Part shown: in pieces, positions 13,342-24,700 of the stretch
Layout of the letters: every line of letters starts with the position of its first letter
Position numbering within the stretch: the first letter of the stretch is position 1
Assembly: GCA_013265495.1 (NCBI GenBank)
Contig: MU057560.1
Coordinates: 3,346,909-3,410,908 of the forward strand
Reading direction: 5' to 3'
Length of the DNA: 64,000 bases
DNA from: Vicugna vicugna
Taxonomy: Eukaryota
Translations under genes and position numbers: made by a program
The notes under the pieces: model-generated
What the model was told of the DNA's origin: nothing
Databases searched by the model: none
Seen by the model: the letters and a program-made list of their open reading frames with translations, nothing else

Positions 13342-13789
13342 CAGACTAATGCAGTCCTACCTCGGACGCCTGGACTTCGGTGCCCCCCTTCCTCCTCACT
13401 CCTGACCCTCTTGTCACTAGCTCAGCGCTGGTGTTGGGCTCTCAAGAGCCCTCCGGGTGCTGGAGATTTTTGAGTGGCCTCTCCACGCCTCATTGTCTCT
13501 GCGGGGGACTCTCTGACAGACTCAGGGGTTGCATCCTTGCTGGAGTCTGTCCAGACGCCCTGGGCCTTCTCCGCCTCCCTCTCCTTGGAATGACTCGACC
13601 GTCCAGCGTGGGCATTGCAGCCCGACAAGCCTGTTGGAGTAGTTACGTCAAGATTTCCGAAAGGAGCAGCTCCAGGCTGCCCAGTAACCCTGGCCGGCTT
13701 CCTTCACGCATGAACCGCACACACAGAGGGAGCACAGAGCGGGGCTGAGTCAGTTGTATGGTACACAGAAATTCAGTTTAAAGCAGCAT

Positions 13790-13850
13790 CATTCTTTTTC
13801 TCAGTTGCTTATTTATTTAGCATATTTATTGAATGTCTACGGTGTGGAAG
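13790..13850 (-). mobile_element. L2 3'-end fragment
   Basis: atttatttagcatatttattgaatgtctac resembles the L2 antisense tail atttattgagcacctac. Confidence 0.4.
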
Positions 13851-15440
13851 GAGTTCGAAAGATGGTTATATTAAAAAATCAATCTCATGTTTTAATTAGA
13901 TTGAGCAGAACTTCCAAGCATGTTTTAAGGATGACTGTGATAGTTTACAGTTGTTTGTGGGGCTCCCTGTGAATATGGGTTCTCCAGTTGGTTTAAGACA
14001 GGCTTCTGTTGAGAGTGGTTGCAAGGTTTTATTTTACTGGGAAGATGATTGAACACATCTCAGTTGCCTGGATGATGCACTAAACTTAATTTCCTGATAT
14101 TGGACCTCCTCATTAGAGAAACGATTGACTGCTCCGGATTCTCGCACAAATGTTCGGCAGTAGGTTTGTCCTTGGAACCCCTCCAGGCAGCGTCTCTGAC
14201 AGCCTGGTGTCAGAGGTCAGAGTGAAGCTGGCGTTTACACAGGTTTCCAGGTGTTAATTCTTGAAATCTTGGGAGAACCTGCAGGCATGACATCTGACTC
14301 CAGAACCACTATTGGAGATGATGTGTTATTTAAAACTTTCTATTTTGGATACTTACATAGTCTATAACATTTGAAAATAAATTTTGGCCAATTGTATTTT
14401 TCATTGTTATCCATTTTATTGATTTTTCGAAGTCATTAGTGTTCAGTTACATCTAGTGTATGTTAGCTATTCCCAAACCTGACCACACATCAGCTCACCT
14501 GAACAGACCACCCGGAGGGTGGGTCCCCAGTCGTCGAAACCAGAACTCAGAGAGAAACCATATTCCAGCTAGTGAGGTGGAAGGTTCTCCCCCGACCCAG
14601 TGGTGATGAGCTCAGGGCCAAACCCCACTGCGTGTGCTGATCATTATTTTGATTATTCACATTCTTCCCCGAGAATTACCAGACCATACCCTTTGCCTTT
14701 CTTCCATTATGTCTTGTTCTTACTGCTTTCCAGAGCATCTTAATATAGTATAATGTTAACCTTCTCTGTTTATGAATTTTTTAGTAAATGTTAACAGTAT
14801 TATCAAAAGTAATCCAATCTTAATATTTACATGATCAATAACAGAAATACTTTCAAGCAGTGCTCAGAGCACAGCGCTCGGTTAAATCACCCGGTGTGAG
14901 CGTCAGGGCCAGTAAAACCCGTCTCTCCGGTTTTCTCTGCTGTAAAGCCGTTCCACACAGAACCGTTGGAGCAGGTTCCAGGGAACGGATTACTTGCAGC
15001 TGCACATGTAAAGACGCTCTGGGCTCATGAATTTTTTGCGCTCAGTCTTGCTAATGAAAGGCTTTGAAAAGCCTTTACTTATTTATAATGCCTGGTAGTA
15101 ACAGTGCCCACAAGTAATAAAGCAGGTGATGAAGATTCAGGAATTATCTGTCCGCGTCACGTGCTCTTCTCCCGTGTTCTATAATTCCGTGTCTGCTTTG
15201 TTAGTTAGTCAGTTTGTTTATCAGCGAAGCCAGTCACAGCTCAGAGCTGCGCTCCGGGCGTGCAGTCATGGAGACGCTTGGGACCCCTGGGGGCCTGTTC
15301 TGGATGTTTGACCTTTATTGTTATGACACTTATTTCCTCTTGAACTCCTTTTTTGGGGGAAAGTATACAAACAACCCAGACCATTGTCACCCGGGCAACT
15401 CCAGGTCTCACGGCTGCAGGTGGGTGGAGGCCCAGGGAGC

Positions 15441-15459
15441 GACTGACTGACTGACTGAC
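15441..15459. repeat. (GACT)4.75 tetranucleotide repeat
   Basis: gactgactgactgactgac. Confidence 0.9.
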
Positions 15460-16064
15460 GAACCGCAGAGCCTGGGCGGGGTGGGGGGGTCAGGCGGCGT
15501 GAGAGCCGGCTCCGGGGCAGAACTCGGCGGTGGCCTGTGTCCCCCACGACTCCCCCCTGCCGCAGACTCCTGTCCTTCACGGGAAGTAGTAAACATAAAA
15601 AGGTGTTTTCTGTCAAGAATTTTAAACTCAAGGATAAAGCCTCTGTTATCTTAGTTAATTGTCCAAACAACCGTAGTCACAGCATCACGCACTCTGCCCA
15701 GCAAGACAACGCAGGTGTTTGCTGTCGCTGACAGTCTTTCACCACCCATTTCTGAGGGTCAGCAAAGCATAATCAGCACAAAGAGTGGATTTCAGACTCA
15801 GGGTCAGGAAGGGAGCCCCCCAGGACCCCTCGCCCTGGGTTCCCTCCCCGAGCTCGTCAGCTCCTGTGGCTGGCTCAGTGTCCTGGTGGGAGCGGGAAGG
15901 CTCCCGATCTGACAAAGGGGAGATAACCATCAGGGCTGAGACGGCACCTGCCAGGACGGGCCCCTTCCCCTTATTTCTGGGCTGAGAGCCAAAAAAAATG
16001 ACATTCCTTATCCTAGCAAAACCAGGAAAAGGGCGGTTCTGAGAAACACAATGTCTGCCTTTCA

Positions 16065-16225
16065 CAGCGAGCGGGAGCCTGCGGGTGAGGGGGCGGCTCT
16101 CAGGTGGAGCCGGTTAGGAACTGCGAGCCGCTCGCACGCACGCGAGTCCAGGCCTCACAGCACGAGCTCGCGGTGTCCGCGGCCAGTTCGGTGAGCGGTA
16201 CTGGAGGGCGCGCGTCCGGCTGAAA
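16065..16225 (+). promoter_or_regulatory. CpG-dense patch, candidate promoter/first exon
   Basis: High CpG density, GC box gggggcgg and plus-strand donor-like sites CGG/gtgagg (16085) and TCG/gtgagc (16191). Confidence 0.4.
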
Positions 16226-16252
16226 AGCCAGATGTTCCATGACTCGTCCCTT

Positions 16253-16310
16253 GGGAGCTCACTTCCCCTCCTGAGCCTCAGTGCTCCCACCTACAAAGTC
16301 GGGATTCTGT
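16253..16310 (+). mobile_element. MIR core fragment
   Basis: cacttcccctcctgagcctcagtgctcccacctacaaagtcggg resembles the MIR core. Confidence 0.45.
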
Positions 16311-17218
16311 TTACACGATACTAACGCTTTATTCCTTCCTTAGCATTTCATTAAAGTCCCTTTGAGTCATTTGCTGCAGGTCATACGAACAAAAACTGGT
16401 TCAAGGAAACAGGAAGTCCGCACTGATCGCGTCAATGAAAAACGCTCGTCCTTTCCCCACACGTCCCTCTGATCTCGGCACCTAAGACTCGGCTGACAGC
16501 TGCATTAACACTGAGTCTGAGTCAAGCGATTTAATCCAACCTGGAATCGGCACTGGAGAGGCACGGTGCCCGCACACGGGGGCTGCGGTCGTCCACCAGG
16601 AAGTGCGCGCAGGTAGACACGAAACTCCATCCACAGTCATTGGCGTTAATTAGCTTCATTTTGAAGAGTGCCTGAGTTAATTTTACTATGATTGTATCTA
16701 CAAAATAACTACTCTGTGTGGACTGATAGAATTAAACATGGATCGGTTTTCAAAACAGCTCACGTGAACACACACACACAGAGACACGCACGGGAGCCCG
16801 CATACTTCGCAGACACACAGAGTGGAGACCATCATCATGGCAGCTCCCGAGGGCCTGGCTGCCCACTCGCCAGGCTGGGGCTCCTGGAGACACCGCGGGG
16901 CATGCAGGAAGCTGCCAGGTCCAGGTGACACGTCCTGCGCCGCCTGACGACAGTGAGGCAGAGGGGCCACGAAGGGGCCTCCCCGAAGCCATCGGTGTTG
17001 CTGAGAGCAGCCCCCAGCAAGCCCCGCGCAGCCTCTCCATCTCAGGGCCTCTGTCCTGGGGGCAATGACCACCAACAGGGCGCCTCTCTTCTCCCCAGGA
17101 AACTGCAGGCACGTATTCTGGAAATTCACAAAACTCACTGAATTCACTCACCTGGTTAGTCTTTGAACAAACCCACGTGGGGTGACCACAAGGCAGCTTG
17201 TATGTTTTTACACAGAAG

Positions 17219-17287
17219 CACACACACACATGCACACAGACACACACACGTGAACACATGCGCACACATGCACACACACACATATAC
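17219..17287. repeat. Degenerate (CA)n tract
   Basis: Read directly. Confidence 0.9.
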
Positions 17288-20200
17288 TAACGTCTGGACG
17301 CTGCCAAGTGTTGACAAGGACTATGAGCTACAGGGAAACTGTGTAATAGGCAGTATAAATGTGCACAAAATTACTGTCTATGTTGTGTATTTACTGTGTC
17401 ACATAGAACATAAAACACATAAAAATACAACATGTGATGCATTCCTTCTAAGAATTAAAGAACAAACGTAACCTGCAGCGTCGTACCTGGTTGCATATCA
17501 CAACACGGCATACCTCGCACTAGTGTGAGCTCACAGCTGCTGGTGGCTGCCTCCCGCTCATTCTTCCAGGTGGTGGAAGAGCAGGTCGCCCAGGTCAGGC
17601 CAGGGCCCTGGGTAGAAGCTGGATCACCGGGAGCTGTGTTTTACCTCCAGAAAGATGAGTCAGTGGGGACGAATCAGATTTCAGCGTGCATGGCCGGTCC
17701 CCCCGGGCGCTGGCCTGTTCATCCAGCTGAAGAGGAGGCGGTGTGAACGAGGGGGACCCGTCCTCACCCACCTGCCACCGGCCGAGTGTCTCCCGAGGAT
17801 GAGCAGGTATGGGGACAGTTACCACCCAAACCCGGAGGCCCCGCTGCCTGGGCCTGGCTCCTGTGGGGGGGGAGACCCCACGCCGGGCCCCGGTGAGCAG
17901 GACAAGACAAAGAGGAAGGTGTCGGGGGGTCAGGGCTCCGTGCCTTCCCCTGCTCTGTGCCCCTCCTCACGTGCCAGGAGAGGCCAGCCTGCTCTCAGTC
18001 TCTGTCCTCAGCTCCACACCACCCCTCCTTGGGTGACTTTTCATTAACAGACTCCTGTTAGGTGCCCGCCTTGTGCACCAAAGATTCAGAGGTGACAAAG
18101 CTCCTCACCATCTTCCTCTCTGAACGAAGCTTCCATCTCTTGGACTCTGGTGTGTAACAAGGTCATGACTGCCTGTTGGATGTAAGACGGTCAAGGAGTC
18201 GGAGCCCTTGTGGGGCCCGGTGTCAAGAAGGTCCCTTGTGATGAGGTGAGACCGACTCAGGCCGCAGGTGGGGGGCAGCCATGTCCGTGGGGCATCCTGA
18301 GCAAGGCTGAGAAGCAGAAAAGCCTCGAGCAGCCAAGACTTCGGGGCCAGGAGCAGAAGAGGGGCCAGGGTCGGGTGGACACAGACCAGCTCAGGCAGGC
18401 CTCAGGGCTGGCAGGAGAAGAAAACCCTCAGTTTTCTCCCAGGTTGGATGGAGACCATGTGGAGAACTTGAAGCTGTACAGTGAGCTAATCGAAGTCCGG
18501 CTTTGGATGGGCAGCTGGCAGCCCTGCGGTGTTGCCTGTGAGCTCGGATGAGGACTCGGTCTTGGGGGGCAGCAGAGATGGAGGAAAGAGGGTGGATCTG
18601 GACCCCGTTTCAGAGAGGGGCTCACAGGACACCAGGGAGCTCCAGGTGAGGGCTGAGGGCAAAGGGACGAGATTGAGGAGGAACGTTCCAAGTTTAGTTT
18701 GAGAATCTGGGAACACAGCAGGGGGATAAAATGAAATAAGGGAATTTCTGGAAGGCAGGTCTGGGGTCACGGAAATCAAGAGATGTGGGTACCTTCAGTC
18801 GTGCATGGGGCGTGTTGGGCAGAACTGACCATTCCTTGGTGTCCCAAAGCCTGGCCTTGTGGACAAAAGAAAGAGGTGGGATGGTGCCCACATGCCCGGC
18901 CACCCTCTGGTCCCCTCCTGGTGTCCCTGAAGTCTTCCCAGACTGGCGGCCGAGAGCGAGGGGTCAGTTTCAGACGAGGCAGCATTTGGGGTTTGGAGGT
19001 CTAACCCATCACTGCTGCACAGTGACCAGGGCCTCTGACAGTGTGGTTAGTCTCTCTCATCACCCATAGTCCATGAGCATTTAGCTGGTAAATGACCAAA
19101 TGTAATTAATACTCCAGAGGGCTGGGAAAACATAATTTCCACTGTTCTTTGTACTTTTCTACAAATACAATTCTATTTCCTATGCTATTTAGGATTTGTG
19201 ATGGTAATATGGTAATATTTCATTTCACCAATGAAATTAAAAAAACAAACAAAATAAATTATTAAAGATTTGTGGGATTTGTTGTCTAAATCCTAGAACT
19301 CATCCTCTCCCCTCAGGCCGACTGGAGGACAGAAAATGCAGGTGACTCTGCCAGGAGGCTCCGAGTACAGGCTTTGTTGCCAGTGGGAACAGCAGAGTCT
19401 CTGCTTCCTAACCCCCTCCCCCCTCCAGAACCCATCCCACCCTCTCTCTTTGGGAAGCGGAGACTGCCTCCTCCTGACCCTGCTGCAGGGGAGAAACAGC
19501 TACATGTAGGGTCTGATGAACGTCTCTTCCAGGGACGAGGAAGACAAACAGAATTTAGCTGTAGACTCATCCCTCGACTCCTGTTGTCTACAGTGTTACC
19601 GTCGGCCCTCTGAGCTCTGGAGGAGGAAGGACGCCCTCAGCTCTCTGCTGGAGGTCCCCATGTCCCCTCAGTCCCCGTGACCACATGTGCCTGGCCCCTT
19701 GCTTTCCAGTGTCGCACATGAGGTCCAGGTGGGGACCCCAGGACACTGGCCGGAGCAGCTGCTCTGTTGGTGGGGGTCAGCTCCCCCCACATTCCTGCCC
19801 GGGGAGAGTGGAGACAATCATCACCAGGGCCCGAAGACGGAGAGTTTTCCTCCAGAAGGAGGCCTGATCCTGGGACGGGGGCCAGCAGTGCCTCACGTCT
19901 GTTCCTGGCCCAGCGAGGGTGCTGGCTGGTTGGAAGGAGGCCCAGCACCCAGGGTCCTAGAAGGGGGCCCGTCCTTCCTTGGGAGGGGGTTCCCAGAGCC
20001 CGCCTCTTCTGGCAGACGTGGTGATGGAAGCCGTGTGGGCTCAGAGGAGGCAGGCGTCTTCTGGTCTCAGTCCCCTCCGTGTAAAGCACAGTGGTGTCAG
20101 CTTGTCTGAAACCCCAGCGACTGCTCCTGAAGGTTGTTCAACACCAACTTCAGCTTCTTTCACGGCTCTTTAAATAAATGCTTTTTATATCTAAAGGGAT

Positions 20201-20689
20201 GCCCAGACCACCAAGGTCTGAACAGTTGGCATTAGAACTGAGCAAAATATGATCTTCAACGTTGAATGATGACTTAGCACAAACATGAAAAGACAGTATT
20301 TTATCAAACATTCCTGTCGGGTGTTCTACAACGTGTCTCTATTGAGTTAATGTCACTTGACCTTCATGAATGAGTTGATTCATTTCTGTAGAAACGAATA
20401 AAACGCAACCCAAGATCCGTCTTCTCACGTAACGTCGTTAGGGACCCGCCGCATGGCCCCCGACCTCTGTCTGGCTTGCTTTGTCTGGAACTGAAGGCCA
20501 GGACTAGAAGCTGACCTTTCCTGCTGCCGGGAGCGTGACTCCCAGATCTAATCACGGCCGAATTCAGAGGGAGCAGCCCAGAAGGAAACAGATTCCACTT
20601 TCATTTTAGCCTCAGACACACACAGGCCTAAAACCCCTCACGTTCAAGCCTGTGGCCTTGGCGAAGGGGCAGACGGCACGGCCCGACCC

Positions 20690-20900
20690 GAGCCTGGCTG
20701 TGGTGAGCCGGGCGCTGACGAGACGCCCGGGTCCCTTCTTGACGTGAAGCCACTGCCTCCTCCTCCGCCTCCACTGCCAGGAAATGAGCGGTTCGTGAGG
20801 GACCAGACCGCCGCCACGCGCCTTGCAACACGCAAGTCAAAATAGGTCTAAACTGGAAGCGGGACCGTGCAGACCGTTTCCGAGGAGCCATCCAGCGGCA
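20690..20900. promoter_or_regulatory. CpG-dense patch with ETS-like (caggaaat, ggaagcgg) and CRE-like (tgacgtga) motifs
   Basis: Local CpG enrichment and motif matches only; no functional data. Confidence 0.3.
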
Positions 20901-21767
20901 AGGCGGACACCTAAGCAGTGTTGATGATTTTTCGTGAGATTCGTTCTTGTGAACAGGGCAAGTTAACTTTGTGAGATTCATACAGAGGCCAAGAGAATCA
21001 GGCTTTTGTTTGCTTCCAGTGCCATTCATTCTGAGCGACGGAGCGGTTATTACAGTCTTGTGCTGCCGCGACAGCAAAGGGAAGACGCCCGACTTTCAGA
21101 AGCGTGTGCCGCCTCTTCCCAGGGCCCGTCAGCTGCCCCTGCATTGCGTGTGCATGCTGCGGACCGTATAGACGTGCACACGTGGGGACGTGGGGAAACA
21201 CGTGAGCACACGATGGTGTGTTTACACAAGTTTGGAGTCGTTTACAGTAAAACACGACACATGTTCTAACGGAGCCACAGCAACTCGAGGGAAACAGCCT
21301 GTGACCCGGTGCCCACGTCTCAGGACCGGGGGCTCCGGGGACGTGCAGACTCTCCAGGTGGAGCCCGTCTGCTGGTTCCCCGCAGGGACGCTCTGGGCTC
21401 CCAGGGAGGCCCCTGCTGCCTTGACCTTCACTTCACGTGTCTTCTCTCAGGTCCTGGGTTGGGCTTTCCAGCAGGGCGAGCAGACGACCGGGAAGCCCGG
21501 CTCCTGCTTGTCCTTAGAACAGTCTTTTTCTCTCCAAACGATCCAACAGACACGATTTTTAGGAGACCTTATTACCTCACAAGTGCTGCTCTGCTGACCT
21601 GGAAAACCCTGTCCCACAGGACGCAGGCATCAAGGTGCTTTCGGTTACTGGTGGCAACACAGTTAAGCTGCTGTATTTTATTTGCTGGAAAGGAAGGGAG
21701 TCTGTTCAGGGCCAGTTCTCTCCCAGCAAAAGCCTATTCTCTTTTATCACCTCCATGTTTGTGTCAG

Positions 21768-24700
21768 CAAGCCAAGAACCAAGGAGAGAGAGAGGTTCTC
21801 CCTCGACCTCTGTGCGTCCCCGAGCGGCTGGACCCCCTCGGCACGTCCTCATCCCAGAACCTGCAGCAGGAGGACGGCGGGGAACATGTCTCCACAGATC
21901 CTCACAGAGGGGCTGGAGCAGTTTCTGAAAGGTGAGGATGTGCTTCCCAGGAGGAGGGGTCGGGCTGGGAGAGATGGACGAGGGCCGGGCTCACGGGCTC
22001 CTGGATAGAAGGTTTGCGCCATGCTCACGGCCCAGGGCAGGCAGAGTGCGTGGGGTTGGATCCCCAGGCAGCCTGCCAGGGCCACTGTCACCTTTACAGG
22101 TGGGTGTGACAGTGCCCCTGCTTGCTTGTTTTCTCCTTGTAATGCTCAGATCTCTGGCGACGATCAAGTTTAAAGATGAACCAGCGTTCACTTTGTAAGC
22201 AGAATAGAGCTATTGATTTAAAACTGAGCTCCTCTTTCTTACCAGGTTCTTAGCAATTTCAGAGCCGAACGACCACATTTTCCTGAACCATTTACATTCT
22301 CACCTTTCTCGCAGGTCAGTGACCTCTCTGAACGTCAGCCCCACTCAAGTGACGTCACAGGGCAGATTGCCACCTTTCCCAGATCATTAATAACTGATTA
22401 AGGCTATTCAGACTCCCTAAAGCCAAGTCCCAGGGCACTTCTGGGCAAGTGTCCCCGACTCAGAGCATCTCCACTTGTCACCCCTCTGCGTTTGGTCTTC
22501 TCAGGAGCGGGGAGCGTTGTGCTGAGCTGCTCAGACACCTGCACCATTTTCTCTTTGGCACTCTTCTCTCGAATGCTCTAGTCCCCTAAGCAGGGTAAAT
22601 TTGCACTATTTTATTCCTTATTTTTCCAACTCGTGGGTAAGAAGAAAGTTTGCTGAGGCATGGGCTGCATCTGCACCAGCCGCTCTTCTGCGGTCACCCA
22701 CGGGAGCTGCCTTTCTCCAGACAGCGCCCGGCTCCGAGGCCACCCCAGGAGTGTGGTGGGAGTGATGGGGCCACCGGGTTCTCAGCCTGTGAGGTCCTGG
22801 GCAGACCCGCACAGCACCTCTGACAAAACCCGGTGTTCAGCTGGGGGGAAGCTCCCCCAGAGGACAGCCCATCCTTGGAACTGCATGCCTGCATCCCACC
22901 CACCCTTCAAGGACAGTGGTTTCCCAGATTACACGAAACCAAAGTCTCCTCGTGTGAAAACTGACCTCAGCAAGTGGAGGGAAGTGTAACGTCTAAAATC
23001 AATGCTCTGTAATCCATAAAGACTTTCTGCACTTGGTCGTTCTGTTATGCAGAGTTTTCACTCCACTTAGCAGATATATCGGATTACTAAATAATGTAAC
23101 ATGGAGCCAAATAGCAAAGCTAAAATTGTGCAGGTTAATAGTGGCAAGAAGGATGAAAAATGTTTTTAAATTACTTTTGGTAAAAACAGAGCTGCTCCTG
23201 TTCTGTTCTGTCTGCTCTGTCTTGTCCTCCCATGGAACTTGAGGACAGCGAGGTGTCACATCTCCTCCCCGTTGCCGGCACATCACTGTCCTTGCTTTCT
23301 GTGCCTCCAGGCTCTGGGGTTCTCTTTCCTCCGTCCCTGACTCCCCTCTTCCCTGTCCATCAACATCCCAGAGCGTGTGAGATGCATCTTTCTGTACATG
23401 ACACATAAACTATGTGAGCGAGGCCACTGTGCCCCCAGGGCGTCCCCCCCAGAGCTGGTCCCCACGTGTCCCCAGCCCCATGGTTGGGACCGCTGCCTCC
23501 TTCGCACTAAGGCGCCGGCCGTTCTCCCCACCCTTCCTTTGTGAGGTTGGGTTTTGCTTGCTTTTGGTTTTGTCTCACTGTCAGAGTAGTATCAGCGGAG
23601 TAGGAAAAGCAGCACCCGCGTACTGTTCTGAAAGCGGTGTTGGCCTCAAGACTCCCTTAGGTGTCTCAGGGACCTCAGGACCCCCGGACTACAGTTCAGG
23701 GACCACTCTGCTCGAGTGACTGCGTTAAAGAAGGACTGTATTTTAATGTGCTGCGTTCTTTTGCAAACATTTCACTTTTTTGCATCATAAAGGAAAGTGA
23801 TTCGCAGTTGTTTTACTTCACTCTTTGTTTCTGGAGTCAATGTTTCCCCCCTAATAAAGACAGATGGGAGGTTTCCCTTTTCCCCTGTGCTCCAGAATAA
23901 TTTAAGCGGCACTGGGATAACCCCGTTTATGAAATTTGATAGAATTTGCCTGTTGGACTATCTGGGAGTTTTGTCTTCTACAGGAAAGCTCTGTATCAAC
24001 TTCTTTTAAAGCTGTTAGTTTAAGCTTTCTGACCACTACGGTCAAATTCATAGAGCTACAAAGGGAAATTTTTACCTATTTTAGTGTTCACATTTTATAC
24101 GTATAAAGTTGCACAACAGGTTTCCTGGATTTTAAATTTTTCTGCTGATTTATGGGGGTTTTTTCCTTGTCATTTCTAAGTTAATTTACCTGTTTTTCTC
24201 CTCTTCTTGATTGAGTTAGCTTGTGAGTTTTGCCTGTTTGGTTGGTTTTCATGAAGACGTATCTCTCCGACATTCGTTCTGCTCTTTGTGTTGTAATTCA
24301 TTGATTCCTCCCTGCGTGGCTGATTCTGACCCGCGCTGGCTTTCTCCTTTTGTTTGTTTTGTATTTGCCTTAGGAGAGAATTTAGCCCGAGGCGCTGGCA
24401 GCCGCGTCCCTGACGCGCGGCCAGGCGACCCAGCGCCGCGCCGGCCGGGCGGGCCGGGCGGGGGGGGGTCCGGGTGTCGGAACTGGAGCCCCGAGGCGGG
24501 CGCGCCCGGGCCGTGGGGAGCCGGCGCTGGGGACGCGCTCTCTGGCGCCTCCCCTCGACAGACACGCGGAAATGCGGGCAAACAGCCGGCTTGTCCCGTC
24601 TCTCGCTCTTTCGCGGTCCGTTACCTGACGTTTTAAATCCGATATTCGTTTCTTTTCCTTGAAATTTTTCGAAGTCTCCTCTGAGATTGTGTAGGTTTTC

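Noticed and set aside
13270-17287. TG-rich and CA-rich tracts in inverted arrangement 4 kb apart
   Set aside because: Complementarity comes only from low complexity; there is no shared unique sequence
17510-17727. Two adjacent minus-strand exon candidates
   Set aside because: The separating GT-AG segment (17608-17644) is only 37 bp, below the mammalian intron minimum, and the peptides are unrecognisable
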